Below, one piece after another: positions 16,701 to 23,905 of a stretch of DNA of 52,691 nt. Below the pieces are notes generated by a model. That model was not told the DNA's origin and did not search any database. It saw only the letters and a list, made by a program, of their open reading frames with translations. Origin of the DNA: a virus (Duplodnaviria > Caudoviricetes); the IMG/VR virus record IMGVR_UViG_3300046467_000501, positions 1 through 52,691 of that record. One strand, given 5' to 3'. Every line of letters starts with the position of its first letter. The first letter of the stretch is position 1. The position numbers and the translations under genes were made by a program.

Positions 16701-18939
16701 CGTTGCCCTCTGCATCTATTGCAACCGTACCCTGTATCAACCCATGATCTAGTTCATCCCTTATAGCTTCCTCTTCTGCCGCTATCAGGCCCTCAATGAC
16801 CCCTCTTTCATTTGCAAGAGCCTGACGTTGTTGAGGGCCTGCCTCCACCCCCGACTTCCATGACCCTGTGTCTTCATCGTATGTCGCTATCTTCTCTAGT
16901 TCCTTCCTTCTTTCAATAACTCTCTCGTTTAGGTGAGCCCCCTGCTCCGTATACTTAAAAACATCGGCATCGATCTTATCTTCTGTCTCAATGATTTTGT
17001 CCGCAGTTAACGGGAGCAGTCGTTTTTCGACCTGATCAACAACTTCCGTGACTGGTATGCTCGTCTTGGATGGCATCACATCTAGGGTAGGCACGGGCGG
17101 TGCCGCTGGCTCTAGTACGTTTCTAATGCCTTCAATATGTTTATCTAACTCCCCTACACGCTGATCATCCCTCTTTTTTCTAGCCTCCTTACGCTCTTGC
17201 TCTGCCTTCTCAAGTTCGTTGTTCAAGAGAATATCGTCATCGGGCTCCGCGACTATTCTTTGCGCTTCTAGCGTAGCCTCCGCTGCTTTCTGTTGTGCGG
17301 CGTCAATGCCAGATTCTTTTAGGGCAAGTGTAGACCCCAGAATGAGCATTTCTCTATCAAAGTTGGCGAGCCTATCATCTATCTGTCCTACAAATTTATC
17401 ATGTTCAGATTGGGTTATGGTTCCTGCTTTCAGGTCATCTGCTAGGCGTTTTTTTGACCTTATAGCCCTCTCTTTATTCGCCCCTGTTAATGAGTTTTTC
17501 CCTTGCTTCCTTCTGACAGATCCATCTTTGTTGAAGATAAGGTTGCCATCTCTATCTCTGGCAAATACTGAGGCACGAAGCGCATTAAGGTCTTCATCTT
17601 CCTGAATTGCCGCATCAAGTTCCTCATCAAGAGATGCTTCGGCAGCTTCTATCTCAGTTTCAGTTTGTCTTATTGCATTGTCCCGCTCTTGCTGTGTTTC
17701 ATTCGGCATTGATTCCCATCTAGCGAGAATCTCTTCTCTTGCAACTTGTTTACGTCTCTCTACATCAGCACTAACAGCGTTCAAATCGGGGCCAGTGATT
17801 AGTCGATCTATGTCTGCTTCTTGGAACTCTCCCGCCGCGACCCTTTTCTCGTAGCGTTTTTGGACACGCCTGTTAAGGTCATAATTTCCTCGCTGTCCTT
17901 TCACGTTAGCTACCGCTCTAGCACTCATCTTCAACATCAGATCGGTAACGGCACCAACCTCACCACCGATCAGTGCTTCCCTGAGTGCTTCGACACCTGC
18001 ATCGGCCATAGCTTCCTCGTCATACATATACCTAGCCACGGCAGACTGACCGAATCCTGCGAGTCCTTCCTGTATTGCTTCGTCTCTAGCCTGTCTTATG
18101 GCCGACTTACCGATCTGACCCCAAGTCATATCAGCAGCATTGGCGACCACCCTCTGCGTTGCTTCAGACGCTCCCTTCCTGCCAAGCCCTATGCCTTTGG
18201 CATATTTACCCAAGGGTGCTATTTCGCTCAAGCCAATACCAAGGCCCATACCAAGGGACAGGATCTCTTTGGCTTTGCTAATATCTTCACCAGTGCGCTC
18301 TTCGTACTCAGCCATCCTTCCGGCCTGCTCACCAGCACCCATGAGAGCGGTCGCAACGCCCGCTACACCCGTTGCAGCGGCACCACCCAATCCCAACGCA
18401 CCAGCCCCTGCGCCTAAGCCGATCATTCCACCTACCTGCCCAAGTCCCATGCCTAGGTGGACTAGGTTGGCGTCCCGATACTTGGGATCTACTTCCATCA
18501 TAAGATCGTTAAGTCTCTTTCTCAGTGCTTTTTCACGGTCAGTGTCTCTATCAGGGGTACGAAGACCTTCTGCGCCCTGTAGGGCCATTAAGCCGAATTG
18601 CCTAACTCCTCGCGGTATGCTCTTGATACCTTCCCACGCTGACCCAAGGATGGTGCCCCCAGCTTCAGTGCCGTACTCATCGGGAGGAGGTTCTTGCAGG
18701 GAAGGGATACCTACCTGCCCAGAGGGGAATCGGGCTTCCATCATTGCTTCAAGATTGGCTGATCTCTCTGCAAATGATCCACGATCTTGTGGCTCTGGCT
18801 GCATCTGTGGCTGTGGCGAGGGTGTCCCGATGTTAAACCTTGTCCTGAGTTCCCCCGCTATTTTATTGCGCTCTTCTATAGAAAGGTTATCGGGGATCTC
18901 TATTACGGAGCCATCGGGCAGACGAATCGTTTCCGGCAT
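10744..18939 (-). CDS. giant internal virion protein (2731 aa) with zincin HExxH motif and C-terminal LPD38-like domain
   Basis: HEGAH at 14803-14817; C-terminal PFLNGRIQG and WWLIP...KIPIPFEVG; last gene of the ejection-protein cluster. Confidence 0.7.
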   Translation of the reverse strand: MPETIRLPDGSVIEIPDNLSIEERNKIAGELRTRFNIGTPSPQPQMQPEPQDRGSFAERSANLEAMMEARFPSGQVGIPSLQEPPPDEYGTEAGGTILGSAWEGIKSIPRGVRQFGLMALQGAEGLRTPDRDTDREKALRKRLNDLMMEVDPKYRDANLVHLGMGLGQVGGMIGLGAGAGALGLGGAAATGVAGVATALMGAGEQAGRMAEYEERTGEDISKAKEILSLGMGLGIGLSEIAPLGKYAKGIGLGRKGASEATQRVVANAADMTWGQIGKSAIRQARDEAIQEGLAGFGQSAVARYMYDEEAMADAGVEALREALIGGEVGAVTDLMLKMSARAVANVKGQRGNYDLNRRVQKRYEKRVAAGEFQEADIDRLITGPDLNAVSADVERRKQVAREEILARWESMPNETQQERDNAIRQTETEIEAAEASLDEELDAAIQEDEDLNALRASVFARDRDGNLIFNKDGSVRRKQGKNSLTGANKERAIRSKKRLADDLKAGTITQSEHDKFVGQIDDRLANFDREMLILGSTLALKESGIDAAQQKAAEATLEAQRIVAEPDDDILLNNELEKAEQERKEARKKRDDQRVGELDKHIEGIRNVLEPAAPPVPTLDVMPSKTSIPVTEVVDQVEKRLLPLTADKIIETEDKIDADVFKYTEQGAHLNERVIERRKELEKIATYDEDTGSWKSGVEAGPQQRQALANERGVIEGLIAAEEEAIRDELDHGLIQGTVAIDAEGNAEYDLTEAGKIPSIPAKKDGTPRKNAIHPASLLPATKTDIDNQRRSRREYNHSIKRRDELRTQLENATSPEDKVRRLEGGLKRDQALLDSLNEGDVVIEPSTLDQLASDGVKTAKEELAKSLKAIDVATEKKMRKEFPDIDPPQRDKDGNVIIKKGKPITKLSLAEFKEEAIKQIRNSSRDRIVGGLKQLQSEEYQNRRINEAYGEIESRPVLIDTLSDPADPDGNFELEEYLVSPEQREAYRELAALSAAADADAELSMTPAEATSYVERILGGEGISLRWTQSGRTGRQASPHRKTVPAKAVRRPMVSPIEAKPSTRAGPRGTAQEGRAHGRTQAKRAVDAILGLAAIDPLADVIEEEGMDQRPPKDWVGITLGKLADGRIKKLIEKLQKSGYDLTENVFKELLGIKNFSVSQWKRSGSLFQSKFFKELISDTLGTDVDWSDLGRGQQEMVFERVLRTEPIPDRTKQAKKEKEQLAKTLREVSEGIMADVKPQDQIVGDAKSIEEASKRVKKYKDIVTRTLKKLGLENVIVEFTANVDDMMAQVKDVIINGAFVVEMDENGKVIIEDGKPKLAKDANDNPIYRPTYEGGAVASLQNYGNRIVFNLSQIVGKHKEADIETLIKDAVAHEGAHIHFVRQWLNDGDRKALDRYGRTRVPKEVDSNAHERGLTWREYVGEVYTDENNIPRLEGEALTEETSVHILDALVQDKIPVARTSGLIGKIKRQLKAVFGAIASSAEEADILPVLEVFEKLQNVDTMKRRREKAKSPDGVMSLHLIERARPEDAKRLRDAVKDGDPAKIDEAIDIILDSTFEFSDPTLTPHQRLQESLISELSARRQIEGTPNFISPMLNAKAIEDGDIDLESLNAYFRFKDGRKPAYRMPTDSRELRLFRFGKTDVVTPSETEASNQRFIDEGWVEGSSGVSGGEQIVNATDYHNQVGTDEDGRPKFVGTRADFEKMMEYSIREKFRLNFADRRLATWKSSKRAWQREIAKYGEVLSRLAENSAVAAWRIADNAMNFIPGVMSHGMIVYVDGGFRLQRDVKGLHEIIGPLVEMGEAAEVSATIYMAAKRVVDLQAKREVARQELDALIQTGASVDDIIAARRNKESWEQAYDDANPLKTPRQRNIPIDDAKAEIARIESSEAEMDLAIVQFGKEYATFNHHVIQFGMDTGLVSIERGEIMQELSFIPFYRDMGWENNDPMSNSENENVRKKKDKAVSEGAEKEVATRGGPLIDQQIRGSLLPISTDLFGNLQRNVQAMIRDGMTNIATTRSMRDEVANGTAELLIEPSDEQLSRQRYLQIQKEKYAKLKTQDMPQDMATELTELNATITELNEQRSDQMERLKKRGFSSMIVTAKGISTDLNNENQTTGIEEAGISKSYLVLDPELSRAIMSIGFSPQQAIEDFFGKAIKNERLRKGLTKLVVGPAKILREAVVRSPPFVIKNIIRDSWQASVNYGGGPALFFKAMANFATPDILVRAEERGLGIAVDWQADPNDPAAVDIRKKLKKQKRGKLSSPSAWLNPLDWAVNLWDVLGDMSKRSEVATRMAVYDNTMAKTDGNAAESLHQAIEIINYGRRGASPMFAVMTAMSPFLNGRIQGLDVTYRTHAGSMDAPGLFGEEGVTDVDSKTLRTQRQLTAVSRGALFIGATAMYYFMVKDDEEYKNTREDLKNDWWLIPMGNGLHVKIPIPFEVGTLYKVIPEQILRMMFEQEHDVRDVRDEMARQIKGSLMMDLRPQFIRPMIDAWSNKDAYQRDAIVPQWMEDTVMASEQYNPYTSMITRLVGDKLNDIPFLKNVDFLNSPMKLEYMMRQYGGTLGSYLFVAADRLAREATDENVVGTSADFGFDWRTVASMPMLGDLLYDAQKGGGFQEDFYEAVEDMNTLVTTLGQIKEGRGYEEAKEFEQEHKGMFDAKRRLQYFERRMKHYRTERDRLFERTDLSDDDKRRQLFRMFEIRDDMLAEMVNIMGDIREERSVMEAALGTRP

Positions 18940-18941
18940 GA

Positions 18942-20867
18942 CTAGGGTGGTGTGACCCTTACACCACTGCTACTCGCTACACGAAATCCTCCGGGTCCAC
19001 GATCTTGTACACTACTACTTACCGCAGTTGGTGGAGCAGTTTGACCACTCAAAGAACGCGACTCACCTTCATGTTTCTCTAACTGCGACACCATCACAAG
19101 GTCATTAACATTCTTAAACCAATCGGCAAAGTCTGGATTTTCCATCATCGAACTTGAGCCGATGTCAGCCAGTGATTGTACTATGGCTTCCCAGTTACCA
19201 ATGTCAGCCATTTGATTTTCTCTGTTCATTATGGCTGTTCGCATCTGGGCATCCACCTGTGCCATCGTGCTATTCCACGCACCAATCTGTTGGGCTTTTG
19301 CCTTGAACAGGTCTACATAACCGCGCATTGCATCTGCTTGACCTCTGCGACCACGATCCGCCTTTGCTAGACCAATCGTTGCCTCCATGTTGTCGATAGC
19401 AGCGTCTGCCGTGTCAAGACCTTTTTGGCTTGATCTGGTGAGATCGTAGATTCCCTCGCGTCCTTCACCTTCCAACTCAGCGCCTGCTTCGCGCTGTTCA
19501 AAGATGTCTCCCAGAGCGGTCTTTCTTTCCGATCTCAGGAGGTCATCCAAGGCCGCAAGCTTGTCACCCGTGCGCTCAAAACCAGCACCCAACCCAGTTG
19601 GTGATCCCATCAGCGTTGAACCCAGCGCACCAAGCAAACGCCCTTTCCTGCGGCTCTCGACCTCTTCGGGCGTATCCATCTCACGCATCAACTCAGCTAT
19701 CCTTTCCTCACTCATTCCAAGACTGTCCGCCAAGAGACGTTCCTGTTCTTGTATCCTTCCCTGCTCCAAGGAATGGATACCCCCGGCCCGCCGCCGATCC
19801 TCTGCCGTCGCAAATCTTCTAAGACGATCCCACTCCAGATCTTCTGGACTTTCGCCCATCGCATCTAAGAAATTTCCAATAGCCCCTTCAGCCTGCCCAA
19901 AAGCCCCCGCTTGCGTACCCATCTGTGACCCCGGTTGCCCCATCATACGCCTAATTTCTTCTAGCGTACCCGTTAACTCGTCTTCAGGATCATCCCACCT
20001 TCCAGAGGCCATAACATCGTCTGGAAGGCCCGAAGAGCTTATAGACGAAGGAGCCGTCCCAGATGCTGGTCCCGCTGTCGGTCCCGCTGTCGGTCCCGCT
20101 GTCGCCCTTGGCACTCTTAACCCGCTAACATTTGGAATTGGAAAGTCACTCATACTGGCCAAGGTACTATTAATTTCATCCAACTCAGCCCGATATTCTC
20201 TTTCCTGCGCTGTCGCGGGCGCTGTCGCTCTTCCCCCCCCACGCTGTGTGCGAATCAAACGCTCTAATTCCCTCGCCCTTGCTTCCATTTCTACCTGAGC
20301 TTCCCCCGTAGTACCAAACTCCTCGTAGGCAGAAGTTGCTCTACCCAATCTCGCCAGATCAGCCTGACGCTGATGCCCGCCGGGAGCCAAAGCCCCAGAA
20401 CGATCACTCGCCTCCAATAAGGCGTCAGGAACGCCGCCGAGATACGGTCCCCTGAACCTTACGTCGGGATCAAAGGCTCCTCCGTAGTCCGAATCTAACA
20501 TTTCTTCAAGGCCAATCTGTGTGTATCGATCATCAATTTCACCACCGTTTTGATAACCCCGGATCAGGCCACCACCAGCCGCCGTAGCGATACCTGTCTG
20601 TAATGACGGATCAGGGCCTTGCGTATTCGGATCTGCACTGGGGATGCCACCACCTAGCTCTGCTGCTCTCTGTTCAAGGACACTAGGCGGGTTCGCAGCC
20701 TGCTGCTTTGCAGCCTCTGCCGCATACCTCTTTCGCATATCCTGCCTGCGCTGTGTTTCCGTCGCAGCTAACCATGTATCCCCGGCCTCAGAGCCCTGCT
20801 TAACCAACTGTGCCAGTTGCGCGTCTGGGATATCTTTCAACTCTTCCGCTCTATCCAGTAAGCTCAT
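18942..20867 (-). CDS. putative internal virion/ejection protein (641 aa)
   Basis: Helical, low-complexity; between tail genes and lysis cassette; has GGG/YQNGG motif. Confidence 0.6.
   Translation of the reverse strand: MSLLDRAEELKDIPDAQLAQLVKQGSEAGDTWLAATETQRRQDMRKRYAAEAAKQQAANPPSVLEQRAAELGGGIPSADPNTQGPDPSLQTGIATAAGGGLIRGYQNGGEIDDRYTQIGLEEMLDSDYGGAFDPDVRFRGPYLGGVPDALLEASDRSGALAPGGHQRQADLARLGRATSAYEEFGTTGEAQVEMEARARELERLIRTQRGGGRATAPATAQEREYRAELDEINSTLASMSDFPIPNVSGLRVPRATAGPTAGPTAGPASGTAPSSISSSGLPDDVMASGRWDDPEDELTGTLEEIRRMMGQPGSQMGTQAGAFGQAEGAIGNFLDAMGESPEDLEWDRLRRFATAEDRRRAGGIHSLEQGRIQEQERLLADSLGMSEERIAELMREMDTPEEVESRRKGRLLGALGSTLMGSPTGLGAGFERTGDKLAALDDLLRSERKTALGDIFEQREAGAELEGEGREGIYDLTRSSQKGLDTADAAIDNMEATIGLAKADRGRRGQADAMRGYVDLFKAKAQQIGAWNSTMAQVDAQMRTAIMNRENQMADIGNWEAIVQSLADIGSSSMMENPDFADWFKNVNDLVMVSQLEKHEGESRSLSGQTAPPTAVSSSVQDRGPGGFRVASSSGVRVTPP
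20068..20103. repeat. perfect 12-bp tandem repeat x3 (GGTCCCGCTGTC)
   Basis: Encodes (TAGP)x3 in the 641-aa protein. Confidence 0.9.
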
Positions 20868-23800
20868 CGTCCCATACCCCTACCAACTCCGATTATGCCC
20901 TGAGCATATGGCAGATAACCGCCACCCTGAGCGTATGGCAGATACCCACCACCAGCGAGGGGTGGTCCCACAGGTGGAGGTGGTTCCCCCAAAGTAGGAG
21001 TGATGGAGGTGTCAGTCGGTGGCACTGGATTAAATGGGGTTGGGCTGGATGGAGGCGGTGTTCCCATGGTGTCCGTGATGCCCGTGTCGATTGGCGGCAA
21101 GTTGCTTCCGGGTAACGTGATGTTAATGGGTGAGCCATCCGGGTTCAGTGGTCCTGTCCCAACTGGCTGTGCTGCGTGAGGCTGATTCGCTCTCCAATCC
21201 TCGACCAAGCCAGCACCGCTTATTGCTGCACCCGCCATGGTGGATAGTGGCCCAGCTTGAGGAGCATAGGTTGATTCTGACACAATGTTCTGGTAAGGCA
21301 ACGCACCCAACTGCTGACTCATCCAGCCGATCTGTCTCTCTGGGTACTGCATTGCTTGCTGGTGTTCAGCTTTCTGTATGTCTAGAGCAGCCTGTTGTAG
21401 TTGTCTCTGTTGTCCACCATAGCGATTCATCATATCGAATCGCCCCATCTGCTCTGCCTGTTGCTGTCCGCCCAGCCCCATCTGCTGCCCACCGATTCCA
21501 GCAAGTTGTCCATAAGCTCCCAATCCAGCAGCCATAGAGCGTTGCTGTCCTCCCATCATGTCGGCGGCAGTGCCGTAACCCTGTAGTTGGCGTCCTGTAC
21601 CGACATCCGCCAATCCAGCCGCACCTGTAAGCGCCCCCTCATACTGGGAGCGTCCTTGTTGCGCGGCAGCAAGAGCGGCTTGCTGTGCCGCCAAGTTAGC
21701 TTGCATTCCGCCCACAGCCGTTTGATGCGCTCCTTGTTCAACACCCAATCCAAATCTTTCCGCATCCATCCTAGCTTGATGGGCCGCTTGTTCTTGTCCA
21801 GCCCCGAACCTTTGTGCATCCATAGCCGTTTGATGAGCAGCTTGTTCTTGTCCAGCCCCAAACTGTTCTTGTCGCATTTGTTGTTGCAGTGCTTGTTGCT
21901 CTGCTGAAAGCTGTGTCGCTTGCTGGCCCGTCTCTGCCGCGAGTGCGCCCCTTTCTGCTGCCAATTCAGCCGTCTGAGCCTGTTGTTGTGCCGCTCTGTC
22001 AGCTTGGAATGCCTGTTGTGCGGACTGAAACGCTTCCTGTTGTGACTTGCCGATAATCTCAGCAGCCTGTTGTCCTGTCTGCTCCCTCAACTTTCTTTGT
22101 TCGACATCAGCACGGGCACCACCGTAAGCACCAGACTGTGCAGCTTGTGATCCTAATTCTTCCCCTTGCATCCTCTGGAATTCCATCAACTGCTGTAGCT
22201 GGGGATCGGTAACGCCAGCAGTGTATTGGGACATATACTGAGATAAGTCAGCCCCTTTCTGCAAATCAGGTGTCCCTAACTTGGTTCCTAACGCTCGTTG
22301 GGATATAGCTGACTGCGTGGCATAGTCTTTAGCAGCCTTTTCCCGTTGAAGCCCCAGCGAGGTATCCGTAGCAGTATCTGCCGCTGTTCCGTATCCTCGT
22401 TGAGCCGACGCTGCTGCGGTGCCCAGAGTACCTGCTTTCGTTCCGTACCCTCGTTGAGCCAACTCTGTAGCCTTCCCTAAAGTCCCTGCTGTCGTACCAT
22501 ATCCTCGTTCAGCTATCGCGGATGTGTCGGCAAGACCTTGTATACCTGTACCAACCTTCTCAAATGCGGTTTCAGCTTCTGTCCCCGTGGTCTTGGCCGC
22601 TGTTCCCGAAGCTTCCATCAGACCAGCAATACGTTCCTGTTCTGTGGCCGCGTCTGTTCCAAGAGTTCTTGCGCCCCTAGCCATGGTTCCATACTGACGA
22701 GCAAGAGCTTCCTGCTCTGGTATTACACCACCGATACCCTGTGCGGCCTGACTTAATGTTGACGCCGCTTGTCGGGTGCCTTGAGGACCAGCACCCCTGC
22801 CGTAAGCACCAGCACCTGCTTGTGCGGCAGCTTCCATGCCCGTGAATCCGGCAAGCTGTGGTCCTTTATACCTGACATCCTCATAGCCTCTTCCACCTGC
22901 TCTCATTATGCCCTGAGTCAGAGCGGCATACTGCTGTGCTACTTCTGGAGACAGATGTTCCTGACGCTGTGCGAACTGCCCCGGCATTCCATATCCAGCA
23001 TACGCCTGTGGGGCAGCATAGTTGGCAGGTATCCCGCCCTGCTGATAGCCCCTAATTACACCACCCTTCTGTAGCCCTACGATGCCACCAGAAGCTCGTC
23101 CGCTGGTATCGAATCCGGGGAGCCCCATCCAGAAGTTAGGTGATTCATAGGACTCAAATCTTTCATGGCGCTTTGGGGTTTTGCCTATATCCCACCACTG
23201 ACCAAAATCACCACCAACGACTGGTCGCTCGCGGGTGCGAGCCAAAGCCCGCCTGAAGTCAGGTGGTTCATAGGACTCAAATCTTTCAGGGCCTTGTAGT
23301 GTGCCTAATGGGATCTCCCTGTCTAATGGTCTTTGCTCCATTCCTTTTTGGGTATCTTCCCTAGCAGCAGTTGTTACCGAATCATGCACTATATCGGTGT
23401 ACCACCTTGGATCGTCCTCTCGTGTGGCCCAGTCTTCCCCTCTGTAATCTTCTAGGCTCATAGGTCCAGATGCCTGTTGCCGCGCCCTGCGTTCTGTCCT
23501 CGCATTGAGGAACTTAGGTAAGCTGAAGCGTCCTTCCCTCCCTATTTCTTTTTTGAGGGCGCTAAGAAAGGGCATCTCAGTTGTGCCCATGTAGGGCATA
23601 CCACGATCTGGTGTATCATACTGAGGCCATTCATGGCGAGGCCCAACATCACCCCCATTCTGTAGCCCTTTAATGCCACCCAACCCCGTAGCCAACATCC
23701 TTTTCCGCTTGGCTCTGAGTGTAGTTTTTGGATCGGCACGAACCAACTTTTTTTTGGCTCTGAGCAATGGGTCAGACAGACTATTCAAATCGGGACCACC

Positions 23801-23905
23801 TCTCCCAGAGTCGCGTTTGACTTGCTTCTTCACGCGCTCTGACAGGCCCATCACACCACCACCGTTTCTGTAACGACGATATTTATCAGGCATACTCTTC
23901 ACCAT
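20864..23905 (-). CDS. putative DNA ejection/pilot protein (1013 aa)
   Basis: Gln/Ala/Gly-rich helical core, QYMSQYTAGV and SGAYGGAR segments, 18-aa repeats. Confidence 0.65.
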   Translation of the reverse strand: MVKSMPDKYRRYRNGGGVMGLSERVKKQVKRDSGRGGPDLNSLSDPLLRAKKKLVRADPKTTLRAKRKRMLATGLGGIKGLQNGGDVGPRHEWPQYDTPDRGMPYMGTTEMPFLSALKKEIGREGRFSLPKFLNARTERRARQQASGPMSLEDYRGEDWATREDDPRWYTDIVHDSVTTAAREDTQKGMEQRPLDREIPLGTLQGPERFESYEPPDFRRALARTRERPVVGGDFGQWWDIGKTPKRHERFESYESPNFWMGLPGFDTSGRASGGIVGLQKGGVIRGYQQGGIPANYAAPQAYAGYGMPGQFAQRQEHLSPEVAQQYAALTQGIMRAGGRGYEDVRYKGPQLAGFTGMEAAAQAGAGAYGRGAGPQGTRQAASTLSQAAQGIGGVIPEQEALARQYGTMARGARTLGTDAATEQERIAGLMEASGTAAKTTGTEAETAFEKVGTGIQGLADTSAIAERGYGTTAGTLGKATELAQRGYGTKAGTLGTAAASAQRGYGTAADTATDTSLGLQREKAAKDYATQSAISQRALGTKLGTPDLQKGADLSQYMSQYTAGVTDPQLQQLMEFQRMQGEELGSQAAQSGAYGGARADVEQRKLREQTGQQAAEIIGKSQQEAFQSAQQAFQADRAAQQQAQTAELAAERGALAAETGQQATQLSAEQQALQQQMRQEQFGAGQEQAAHQTAMDAQRFGAGQEQAAHQARMDAERFGLGVEQGAHQTAVGGMQANLAAQQAALAAAQQGRSQYEGALTGAAGLADVGTGRQLQGYGTAADMMGGQQRSMAAGLGAYGQLAGIGGQQMGLGGQQQAEQMGRFDMMNRYGGQQRQLQQAALDIQKAEHQQAMQYPERQIGWMSQQLGALPYQNIVSESTYAPQAGPLSTMAGAAISGAGLVEDWRANQPHAAQPVGTGPLNPDGSPINITLPGSNLPPIDTGITDTMGTPPPSSPTPFNPVPPTDTSITPTLGEPPPPVGPPLAGGGYLPYAQGGGYLPYAQGIIGVGRGMGR

